This document shows positions 46,980 through 55,504 of a DNA stretch of 64,000 bases, piece by piece. This stretch comes from Verrucomicrobiaceae bacterium. GTDB lineage: Bacteria > Verrucomicrobiota > Verrucomicrobiia > Verrucomicrobiales > DEV007. The notes beneath the pieces were generated by a model that was not told where the DNA came from, did not search any database, and saw only the letters and a list, made by a program, of their open reading frames with translations. Position numbers and translations under genes: made by a program. The number at the start of each line of letters is the position of its first letter. Positions within the stretch are counted from its first letter, which is position 1. The stretch lies in the NCBI GenBank assembly GCA_024229495.1, contig JAAESJ010000233.1, forward strand, positions 5,144-69,143, given 5' to 3'.

Positions 46980-49900
46980 ATGGCATACCAACTCATCTAC
47001 ACCAGTGTTAGCCGGGGACTGATTCCCGGTCGCAGCGGATATACCGTTGCGGCAAGGCACCGGCAGATCCGTGATCGGCTGGTATCCGACATTGAGCGCA
47101 TCAGCGGGTATACATTTGCCACCTCCGGTGTTTCTCCGGTGATCTACGCACACCGCAGAATTTCCTGCTCGGGCAAGGAGTATCATGTCCTGACAAGGAA
47201 CAAGGATGCGGGTTCGGATTATACCGGGCGCACCAATCACCTGGCGCATCACCTAGTCTGTGAAGCTGATGAGCTTTCCGATTGCGGGGCCTCGCCGGCG
47301 GAAATTCTGCATGGTTTCGATTGGCTGGAGAGCTATGAGGATGACCCGCGTTATCTTGAGGACAATGAGATCATCGACCTTGGGAAATTTTCAGGGACCT
47401 TCAGTCTGCCGGCAAGGAACTGGCAGGCGGTGCGAGGTGAGGCGGGGGATGCAGCCCTGCTTATGGATGAGAAGGGCAAGCCCGATAGTGCATTCGTTGT
47501 GGCTTCTTCCGGCGATGATGCTGAGGCAAGAAAACTCCTCTCTTTGTATGCCGAGTCCCTGCAACTGGCGCAGTCATCAGATGATACCCCGGCAATGTGG
47601 GAGGCTACATTCACCACGTATCTGCAACAGGTTGACACTCTTGCTGACTTTGATTGGGCCGGGTGCACGGAAGAGCAGGCCTTGTTACAGCGCCCGGGCA
47701 ATCGCATGGTATTGAACCTTGCTGCGATCGACGCGCCAACACCCGGATCAAAGCTGGCAAAGCTTGCGGCAACCGGCCGGGCTGAGCCGCCGCCACCAAC
47801 TCACAGAGCACCGGTAAGCTTGCCGCAGCCTGATGCCTTGCAGCAACAGGCTTCAGATGTCGGGCAATCCGACTTTGGCGAGCAGGACTTACAGAAGGGA
47901 GGCCAGTCGCGCCGGGTAACCTTCACTCCTGTTGATTCTCAGGGAGAGGTGAAGAGGCGGGGACCCTTGAAGTTGCGGAGTCCAAGTCCGGTTCAAGCGC
48001 CATCGGTTTCCATGCAGTCATCGGGGGAGGGGAAACTCGATTTTTTGAAGCGCCCGGAAAATCTTCGCTTTGTCATAGGAGGCGGTGCTGCTGCCGTATT
48101 GGCGCTTGGGCTTTTATGCTATTACCTCTTCAGTGTTCATCCCCGTCAGGATTTTGAGGCTGAGGTTAAGGGGAATATCGCCAATGATTATTGGCAGGGA
48201 GCCATGGACCTCATCGATAAGGAGAAGGAGAACATGGACGTAGAGTTGGTCGAGGAGCTTCGCCGTGAGGTGATAAGGGCGATGCTTCTTCAGGCTGAGG
48301 AGATTAATGAGAGGTATGCCACGGAAAATGATGAAAAGGTGAAGGAACTTCAGGAAGAGGTGTCGGCAAAGCTGGAGAAGTTGCAGCGATTTGAGGAGAA
48401 ATACGATCTTCGAAATGAGGATATTGAAAACCTTGTGGCAAGCTTCGAGAGGATTAAGAAGACCAAGATCAATAAGGAATTATTGAATCCCGCGAGCCCG
48501 GGAGTTGCCTCTTCCGGTAATAAGCCATCCCCGGGGGATACTCCTGATCCCAAGGAGCAATCGTCGGGCAAGGAGGTGGTTGACGGTGGCAATAAGGATG
48601 TCACGTCGGGTGAACCTGTTGAGAAGGAGACAAGGGAGGGGGTGTTACCTAACTCTGTTTACCTGTTTCTCAATGATCAAACTGTGGCACTGGAGAAAGT
48701 CCAATACAGTGAATCCTGGGCGGGGTTGCAGAATGGAAAGGAGGGCCAGAGAAAGGTGCTCATGCGTCATTACGGATTGAGGCCCGACAACCTGCTGTTG
48801 TTAGATCCATCATCCGGGGATCAATACAGTTATAAGTTTCCGGAAAGCGCTGAAGAGGAATCATCCGATGGGTATTTTCCTCTTGATGGTGATTTGAACG
48901 TTAAGGTGATGTTCAAAGGGAGTGAGACAGTGTTGTTGAAAAGGGGTTCCGCCGGAGATGAAGCGAATAATGCCTGGGATACGGCATTGAGCAACCTCTT
49001 TGCTTTTGAGGGACAGGGTAACAGGTTTCAGGTGTTACTCTGGAGTGGGGTACCCTTCAAGGTTACCAGGGTCAAGCCTTTTACCATGAGTGGAAAGGTT
49101 GTTGGGGTGACCGATGGTTTCGGGAGATACCTTGCTTCATTCAAGGCGGGAGATTCTTTTGGGGCTAAAGCCGATCCAACGGAAATTTTCATGCGTTACG
49201 TTTCCGGGAACTCTTCAGCAGGAGAGAAGTTATCCTTTGAAAGTGACCGTTTCAAGTTGCCCTTGGAGGACGGTTACAGGCAGCTTACGATTGATTTTAG
49301 TTCCAATGGGGACAAAAGCAGGGGTGATATTGCGGATCTTGGGAAGAAAGTGGATGAGGCAAAGGCAAGTCTTGGTAATTATGAAAGTTACCGAAGGTGG
49401 TTTGCTTATCGCGAGTCACTGAAAAAGGATTTGGGGCAGATGGGTAGGGATTATATAACAAGATTCAAGGAAAAGGATTACCCCCAGATTTGTGATCCGG
49501 GAAATTTTTCCAAGGAGGATGATGTTCGTGAGCAAATCCTTGAGTTCGCGGAGGACATGGTGGACGGGTTTCCTGATGCACTGGAAGAGCAGGGAGTTGG
49601 TGATTCGGATGTCAGGAGAGTTACATTTTCCCTGTCTTCCAGCAAATTCAGTGAACTGAGCTTTGCGTCCACTGTTGCCAAATTCAAAATGGTAATGGAT
49701 GCGTTTGCAGAGTCTTGCCGTGGCCTTGCGAAATCATCTTACAGGGATGACGATGACGACCGTGTTTATCGCATAAGGGACAGGGATGCGCGTGAAGAGA
49801 TTGAGAAATTTGCCGAGCGCTGGGAGGATTTTTTCGGCGGTGAAAAAGGTGGGCGACTATGGCATATCGTTGAGGCTAAACCTAGAGTGCCAAACATGAC

Positions 49901-50102
49901 AGAAAAGGAATATAGTCGGATGAAGCGTCGCCTTAATGAGCTAGTAAAGCGCAAGGCTGCTGCGGATAAGGCTAACAAGAGGTTTAATTATCTCAATACG
50001 AGCGGGATGCCTCCGGGAATTTATGAGATCGTGTTCGTGTTCGGGGGAGATAAACAGATGCCGTTCGTGATCTGGAGCAAGGAGGGGAAAAGCGGAAGAT
50101 GA
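46980..50102 (+). CDS. Large single-pass membrane protein with a possible GAP1-like (GTPase-associated protein 1) N-terminal domain (gene 2 of the operon)
   Basis: 1040 aa. The N-terminus reads MAYQLIYTSVSRGLIPGRSGYTVAARHRQI. A Pro-rich linker covers aa ~250-350 and a TM helix FVIGGGAAAVLALGLLCYYLF covers aa ~363-385, nt 48066-48134. A charged coiled-coil-like stretch covers aa ~405-500 and a P/S/G-rich spacer aa ~503-550. A ~490-aa C-terminal region has no recognised motif. Confidence 0.7.
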   Translation: MAYQLIYTSVSRGLIPGRSGYTVAARHRQIRDRLVSDIERISGYTFATSGVSPVIYAHRRISCSGKEYHVLTRNKDAGSDYTGRTNHLAHHLVCEADELSDCGASPAEILHGFDWLESYEDDPRYLEDNEIIDLGKFSGTFSLPARNWQAVRGEAGDAALLMDEKGKPDSAFVVASSGDDAEARKLLSLYAESLQLAQSSDDTPAMWEATFTTYLQQVDTLADFDWAGCTEEQALLQRPGNRMVLNLAAIDAPTPGSKLAKLAATGRAEPPPPTHRAPVSLPQPDALQQQASDVGQSDFGEQDLQKGGQSRRVTFTPVDSQGEVKRRGPLKLRSPSPVQAPSVSMQSSGEGKLDFLKRPENLRFVIGGGAAAVLALGLLCYYLFSVHPRQDFEAEVKGNIANDYWQGAMDLIDKEKENMDVELVEELRREVIRAMLLQAEEINERYATENDEKVKELQEEVSAKLEKLQRFEEKYDLRNEDIENLVASFERIKKTKINKELLNPASPGVASSGNKPSPGDTPDPKEQSSGKEVVDGGNKDVTSGEPVEKETREGVLPNSVYLFLNDQTVALEKVQYSESWAGLQNGKEGQRKVLMRHYGLRPDNLLLLDPSSGDQYSYKFPESAEEESSDGYFPLDGDLNVKVMFKGSETVLLKRGSAGDEANNAWDTALSNLFAFEGQGNRFQVLLWSGVPFKVTRVKPFTMSGKVVGVTDGFGRYLASFKAGDSFGAKADPTEIFMRYVSGNSSAGEKLSFESDRFKLPLEDGYRQLTIDFSSNGDKSRGDIADLGKKVDEAKASLGNYESYRRWFAYRESLKKDLGQMGRDYITRFKEKDYPQICDPGNFSKEDDVREQILEFAEDMVDGFPDALEEQGVGDSDVRRVTFSLSSSKFSELSFASTVAKFKMVMDAFAESCRGLAKSSYRDDDDDRVYRIRDRDAREEIEKFAERWEDFFGGEKGGRLWHIVEAKPRVPNMTEKEYSRMKRRLNELVKRKAAADKANKRFNYLNTSGMPPGIYEIVFVFGGDKQMPFVIWSKEGKSGR

Positions 50103-53100
50103 AGACGGCGACCCAGGTTCTGACAGGTGCTATCTGGAAAGTCCTTTCCGGAAAGGATGAGAATCATGATGTAGAGCAAACCGCGAGGGAGTTTGTCGAC
50201 CTGTGCAGTGATGTTGCTGAGCGGTTGGAAGGTTGCCGGGATTTTAAGGTGGAAGGGGAAGAGGAGAAGGCGGTGGATTTGGCCGAGAAGGAACCACCAC
50301 TCATGGAGGCGCTTGAGACACTGGCGAAGTTTCGCCAGAGGCAGGCTTGGGCGGATTATTGCAGGAAACATTCATTGCCGGTGGCGCCTGAAATCGACAG
50401 GGAAGGAGCTGACTGGGTTTTAGGGCTCTATAAGCAATGGGAAGGGACATCCAAGCTGCTGTGGAAAAAATACCGCGATGCGGTTATTCGCAAGGATCAG
50501 CAGGTGATGATCTCCGTAATTCACCGGATCATCAAGCTGGATCCTTCAGATCGCTCAGCCCTGGATGAGAACAACCGTATTATGCGGCGCTATTTCCGGG
50601 AACAGAAGACGGAACTGGAGAAGCTTGTTGATGCCGGTGAGCAGGACAAGGCACTGGAGCTTGCCGATGGGCTTGACCGACTTCCCTTTGACAAGCTGAA
50701 GAGGGGCAGGGCATGGGAAACGGCGATCAAGTGGCGCAACGCGCTCAAGCGCGAGAGCGATGAGAAGAAGCTGGATGACTTGATTGCCGAGCTGCCTGGC
50801 CAGTGTGAATCCCGGGAGCTGGAAAGTGTCAGGGAGAGTGTTGCTGAGTCGCGCACCCTGCTCAGGATTCACAAGTTTGATCTGGAAGGTGAAGAGAAGG
50901 GAAGGCTTGATGATGCAGAGGCCTGGATTCCTGCGGAGGAGGACAGGTTGAAGAAGGAGGGGCTTTCCAAGGAGGCTGTTGAGCGTTGCATGAAGGAGCT
51001 TACCAGGATAGAGGGCAACTGGGCGGTTGTTTCCAAGGGTTCGGTTGGGTCCGCCAGTGAGGAGCGCAGAAAATTGAGTAACAGTTGGCGGGAGGTAGAG
51101 AAGATTGGCAGTGGAATCGGCCATGAGTTTTCCGGAAGGGTGAGTGCTGCCAGGCAGAAGCTTGATGTTATTGTTGCCAATCTCAAGAAGAAGAGAATGC
51201 GGAAAATTCGCACGGTTGCTGCCGTGCTGAGCATGATTGGCCTTGCGGTGAGTTACTACTTCTATGCTCAGTGGCGCAGCACGTGGATGATCGAGAAGTT
51301 TGCCGTCTACAAGGGCAAGGGCTTGGCTTTGCCATTGAGGAAGCTTGTGGATAGCACCAATACCTATCGCAAGCCGATCGAGCTACTCGCGCATAAGCCC
51401 TTCGCAAGCAGGCTGAAGAGTGCGCGAGCCTGGCTTGAGCGGGAGGAAGCCCATATGGAGGGGGTGAAAGAGACCATTCGGTCCATTGACAAGGAGACGG
51501 CGAAGCAATTTACCCGTCCCATTGATGACTACTACGCGGAGGTTGAGGCGATAGAGGGCAGGATAGCGGATGCTGTTACCGATCTCTCGGAGTTGCTTGC
51601 CCGGGAAATGGGACCTTTCAAGAAACGTTGGCTGGCTCATGTGGACGCTTACGTCAACGGACAGAACGAGCGGCGAAACAAGGCAATTAGCGAGATGGCC
51701 GATGTTCTGCAATCGGCACCTGCATTGCAGGTTGCCGCACGTGATGATGCCCTTTTCGAGCAGGTTAATGCCCTTGTCGTGGAGGTGCGCGATGCCATGC
51801 AGACGATCATTCCTCCATCAAAACCACTTGAGGGGGCGAGTAAGCAGGTCAAGGACCTTGGTCCTCAATTAACGGATCTTTCCAAGCGCATGGAATTGTT
51901 CCGCGGTGCGCTGGAGGCGGCCAACAAGGCTGCCAGCCTGGCCGATTATAATTTGGCAATGAAACGGTTCCAGGAGGGACCCTTCGAGAACACTCCTGAA
52001 CGTGCTGCGGCGATCGAAGTCCTGGGCTTTGAGAAGACGATTACCCAGGTGACGGGAGAGATCATTGCCCCGGGTGATCCCAGGGCATGGGCCTTTTTCC
52101 AGGCCAACCGTAACAAGGTTGACCTTTATCCCAAGGTGATTGAGGAGAGCGAGCGGGTTGTTCTTGAGCAGCTGAGTAAAGATGAGAAGCTTGAGGAGCT
52201 TTACCGGTGCGCTTTCAGGGAGGTGCCCAGCGGGAAGATCTTTGTGCGTTATTGTGCCGGGCCGGTTGAATTGCGCAAGCGCAGGGTCGGCCCTGTTGAG
52301 ATCGTGGAGAGATTGGGTGACTTCTTTCAGGGGGGGCGGTTTGGAATCGTGAAGTATGAGTTCAAGAGTGTTCCCGCAGCAACGATCAACTGGGTTGGCA
52401 CGGATTTGACCAGCGAGGAAATTAGCACAGAGACCAACTTGTTCAGGAAGATCCGGCCCAACGAGACACTGATGAGCCAAAGTCAGCAGTATTACCGTTC
52501 GGGGGTATTGTCCGTCTTCGATGATATTTTATCAGCCACTGATGTGCACCCTCTTTTCAAGGCCTACATGCAGGTGGAGTTGAGTAAGGTGATCATGCGG
52601 CGGGCACACGAATGGGGAACCTTGTTTGCACCCAGTGTAGTGAGTGACTTTCAGGAGATTAAAGCCATTGTTCCCGCTCTACTTGGCAGGCATGACTGGC
52701 TGTGGACAGACAAGTATCCCGAGCAAGAAAAGGCCATAGCAGACTTCTACGCCAAGCGAGGTGACTACAGCTATGTGAAGGAGTCGAAGGTTAACCGCAA
52801 CCTGATCGAGGAGGCAATTAAATCCGGATTTGGCCTGGCGGGCTACATGGACATTGATAGACAACCTGTTCTCCTTCCGGAGGCGGAGCAGGCAAGCAAG
52901 ATTTACGGATCGTTGACGCCCAATGTGCCGGCAACCACTGTCTTGCAACGCACCGGGGATGAGCAATGGCAAAAGGTGGGGAATGCCGCACCATTCACAC
53001 CGCTCTTTTTCTTTAAAGGTGACAGTGGAAAGATCATGGAGGAGGTTGCCGATAAGGAAGGTGAGGATGTTGACCGTATCCGGACGATGTCTCTACCATT

Positions 53101-53110
53101 TTTCCGATGA
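50099..53110 (+). CDS. Large single-pass membrane protein, helical N-terminal region, unknown function (gene 3 of the operon)
   Basis: 1003 aa. The start overlaps the gene 2 stop (ATGA 50099-50102). The ~365-aa charged helical N-terminal part ends in NLKKKRMRKIR. A TM helix TVAAVLSMIGLAVSYYFYA covers aa ~370-390, nt 51206-51268. It is followed by a ~610-aa C-terminal region with no recognised motif. Confidence 0.7.
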   Translation: MKTATQVLTGAIWKVLSGKDENHDVEQTAREFVDLCSDVAERLEGCRDFKVEGEEEKAVDLAEKEPPLMEALETLAKFRQRQAWADYCRKHSLPVAPEIDREGADWVLGLYKQWEGTSKLLWKKYRDAVIRKDQQVMISVIHRIIKLDPSDRSALDENNRIMRRYFREQKTELEKLVDAGEQDKALELADGLDRLPFDKLKRGRAWETAIKWRNALKRESDEKKLDDLIAELPGQCESRELESVRESVAESRTLLRIHKFDLEGEEKGRLDDAEAWIPAEEDRLKKEGLSKEAVERCMKELTRIEGNWAVVSKGSVGSASEERRKLSNSWREVEKIGSGIGHEFSGRVSAARQKLDVIVANLKKKRMRKIRTVAAVLSMIGLAVSYYFYAQWRSTWMIEKFAVYKGKGLALPLRKLVDSTNTYRKPIELLAHKPFASRLKSARAWLEREEAHMEGVKETIRSIDKETAKQFTRPIDDYYAEVEAIEGRIADAVTDLSELLAREMGPFKKRWLAHVDAYVNGQNERRNKAISEMADVLQSAPALQVAARDDALFEQVNALVVEVRDAMQTIIPPSKPLEGASKQVKDLGPQLTDLSKRMELFRGALEAANKAASLADYNLAMKRFQEGPFENTPERAAAIEVLGFEKTITQVTGEIIAPGDPRAWAFFQANRNKVDLYPKVIEESERVVLEQLSKDEKLEELYRCAFREVPSGKIFVRYCAGPVELRKRRVGPVEIVERLGDFFQGGRFGIVKYEFKSVPAATINWVGTDLTSEEISTETNLFRKIRPNETLMSQSQQYYRSGVLSVFDDILSATDVHPLFKAYMQVELSKVIMRRAHEWGTLFAPSVVSDFQEIKAIVPALLGRHDWLWTDKYPEQEKAIADFYAKRGDYSYVKESKVNRNLIEEAIKSGFGLAGYMDIDRQPVLLPEAEQASKIYGSLTPNVPATTVLQRTGDEQWQKVGNAAPFTPLFFFKGDSGKIMEEVADKEGEDVDRIRTMSLPFFR

Positions 53111-53140
53111 TAGGTTAAGTGACTCGGGCTCGATGCGAAT

Positions 53141-53893
53141 TTAATTCCAGGGTAAAGGGCGCCCGAGCAATGATTCCAACCCTGAGTTTTGGGCGTAGAG
53201 TTGTTCGCTGAGGTAGGCGCGCAGAGCTTCGGGAATCGGTGAGGGGGGGCGTGTGTTCTCAGGCTGAGCGGCCAGTTGCGGATGAATTCCCTTGTCGGGG
53301 TTCACTCCAAGGAAAATGAAGAGTTCCCGAAGCAGGGCTTCCGGATCAGTTGCCGCCTGTTCAAGGAAGCCGCACCACAATTGTGATGAATTATAGTATT
53401 CAAGCCAAGTTTTCAGGCAACCGAGGTAGTCGCCACGCATGGCGACCTGAGGCAGTTTCATGAATTCATGTAGTTCATCAATTTTCGCTTCCTCAACGGG
53501 CTTATTGTGGAACTGAGGGAAATCTTTGCGGGCATGGGACCATGCCCGCTCAACCGGGTCGCGCATGATAAAGAGTAACTTGAGATCAGGCATCCAGGAG
53601 CGAGCCACGGAAATTCTTCCTGATTCAAGGATGGCGTAGGCTGGAGTGACCTCGCCGGCAATCATTGACTCGGGAGCGCCGGAGAAATGACGGGCATAGT
53701 CGTCCTGGGAGTCTATGAAGTGACGATCAAAGAAATGCAACTCCTTTGGTGAGCTTGTCCAGATTTCCGGGTGCCGATTGAGCTGTTTGGTCAACCAGGA
53801 TGTCCCGGAACGCATTGCGCCGATGCCAATAAAATCGGGCAGGCGGATGTTGCTGGAAGCATGATTCATATAGGATATGAGCGGAATGTTCAA
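53141..53893 (-). CDS. Sulfotransferase domain protein (PAPS-dependent)
   Basis: 250 aa. FIGIGAMRSGTSWL (5'-PSB loop) and FIMRDPVERAWS (3'-PB region). Confidence 0.75.
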   Translation of the reverse strand: MNIPLISYMNHASSNIRLPDFIGIGAMRSGTSWLTKQLNRHPEIWTSSPKELHFFDRHFIDSQDDYARHFSGAPESMIAGEVTPAYAILESGRISVARSWMPDLKLLFIMRDPVERAWSHARKDFPQFHNKPVEEAKIDELHEFMKLPQVAMRGDYLGCLKTWLEYYNSSQLWCGFLEQAATDPEALLRELFIFLGVNPDKGIHPQLAAQPENTRPPSPIPEALRAYLSEQLYAQNSGLESLLGRPLPWN

Positions 53894-53953
53894 CCGGATC
53901 GACTTAATGAACAGGATTTTGTTTTTTCCCAGTAATGCTCCAAGTTGTTACTA

Positions 53954-55438
53954 ATGTCGACGTCAGCTTATAAGAATCTTGTGGAACGGTGCAGTGAGAT
54001 TGCCTTGTATAACAGCACTTCTGCCCTGCTGGGATGGGATCAGGAGACCTGTTTGCCGAAGAAGGGTGTTGCTTACCGTGCTGAACAGTGTGCCTTGATG
54101 AAGGGGAGGTCTCACCGCTTGTTTTGTGCTCCTGAGGTTGGTGGATGGATCAGTGAATGTGAGGATGGTGATGTTGGTGAGGATCCGGCGCGATTGGCAA
54201 ATGTGCGTGATTGGCGATGGGCATATGACCGTGCGACAAAGTTACCGGAGGAACTCGTCGAGACATCCGAGCGCGTAAGGGCTCATGCCATGTCGGCATG
54301 GGCTAGTGCAAGGAAGGAGGATGATTTCAGTAAGTTCAGGCCGCACCTTGAGACTATTATTGATATCAGTCGGCAGAAGGCAGAGTGCTTTGGCTATAAT
54401 GAAACTCCTTATGATGCGCTCATTGAAGATTACGAGCGTGGCACATCCACAGCGGATGTGGCTGAATTGTTTGAGGAGCTAAAGCCGCAACTGCGTGAGA
54501 TTGGATTGGCTGCCGCGCGACGATCGGAGACGGTTTCCGAAGAGATGCTCAACGGTCATTATCCTCAGGAAGCGCAGTGTGCTTTCAACGAGAAGGTGGC
54601 AAGGGCATTTGGGTTCGATTTTGAAGCAGGGCGCATTGACACGGCTGTTCATCCGTTTTGCTCAGGCCTTGCGCCTGGCGACACGCGATTGACAACCCGG
54701 TATGATGAGAAGGATTTCTGCAGTTCCCTTTATGGGGTGCTCCATGAGACCGGGCATGGCCTATATGAGCAGGGGCTTCCCGCGGAGCATCATGGCACAC
54801 CGGTTGGCAATTCGGTTTCCCTTGGCATTCATGAATCTCAGTCGCGGCTCTGGGAGAACCACGTCGGTCGGCAACCGGCCTTTTGGGAGCATTGGTTTCC
54901 TGTCGCAAAGGAAGTCTTTGGCCCGTTATCTTCTCGGAGAGTGGACGAGGTTATTGCCTTTACCACGCGGTCCCGACCATCACTGATCAGAGTTGAGGCT
55001 GATGAGGCCACTTATGACCTGCACATTGTTTTGCGCTTTGAGATAGAACGCGACTTGATTGCGGGTGATTTGGCCGTGGCGGATCTTCCTGAGGCATGGA
55101 ATACCAAGTTCGAGGAGTTTTTCGGGCTTAGTGTTCCCAATGATACCGAAGGGTGCCTGCAGGACATTCACTGGAGCATGGGGGCACTTGGTTATTTTCC
55201 CACATATACCATCGGTAACCTCGGGGCTGCTCAGTTGTTTGCCAAGGCTCATGAGCACCTCCCTGGTATTGATGGGGAACTTGCCTCGGGGAATTATGCC
55301 AGATTGCTGGAGTGGTTGCGGTGCAAGATTCATGAGCCGGGAGGGCAAATGCTGCCTTCGGATTTAATGCGTGTGGCGACTGGGGAGGAACTTTCACCAA
55401 GTTATCATCTTGAGCACCTTCGCAGTCGTTACCTGTAG
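53954..55438 (+). CDS. M32 family carboxypeptidase (Taq-type)
   Basis: HETGHGLYEQG (HExxH zinc site), IHESQSRLWEN and DIHWS blocks, ~495 aa. The track start is TTG 53945; the first ATG is at 53954. Confidence 0.85.
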   Translation: MSTSAYKNLVERCSEIALYNSTSALLGWDQETCLPKKGVAYRAEQCALMKGRSHRLFCAPEVGGWISECEDGDVGEDPARLANVRDWRWAYDRATKLPEELVETSERVRAHAMSAWASARKEDDFSKFRPHLETIIDISRQKAECFGYNETPYDALIEDYERGTSTADVAELFEELKPQLREIGLAAARRSETVSEEMLNGHYPQEAQCAFNEKVARAFGFDFEAGRIDTAVHPFCSGLAPGDTRLTTRYDEKDFCSSLYGVLHETGHGLYEQGLPAEHHGTPVGNSVSLGIHESQSRLWENHVGRQPAFWEHWFPVAKEVFGPLSSRRVDEVIAFTTRSRPSLIRVEADEATYDLHIVLRFEIERDLIAGDLAVADLPEAWNTKFEEFFGLSVPNDTEGCLQDIHWSMGALGYFPTYTIGNLGAAQLFAKAHEHLPGIDGELASGNYARLLEWLRCKIHEPGGQMLPSDLMRVATGEELSPSYHLEHLRSRYL

Positions 55439-55504
55439 CGGGCATGAACATAAATTTTCTTGTGCCAGCCGTTACTCAGGCATAGGTGGAGACAGAAAGT
55501 ATTC

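Noticed and set aside
46980-47100. A BLUF photoreceptor domain at the N-terminus of gene 2, because AYQLIYTS resembles the LYRLIYSS first strand of BLUF.
   Set aside because: The similarity stops after the first strand. The downstream BLUF hallmarks (the I-T-G turn and the Q-x-L-E-G strand with the conserved Gln) are absent.
50555-52480. Antisense ORFs of 189 aa (50555-51124), 121 aa (50869-51234) and 203 aa (51869-52480) inside gene 3 of the GTPase operon.
   Set aside because: They have Leu/Pro/Arg/Ser-rich shadow composition and no start context, and all are contained in a 1003-aa open frame that is translationally coupled to gene 2. I treat them as non-coding.
44030-53110. A tRNA-Leu-anchored genomic island carrying the GTPase operon.
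   Set aside because: No integrase, excisionase or transposase lies in or near the block. I could not find by eye a direct repeat of the tRNA 3' half downstream, and I saw no obvious composition shift apart from the short AT-rich leader. A whole-genome comparison is needed before calling it mobile.
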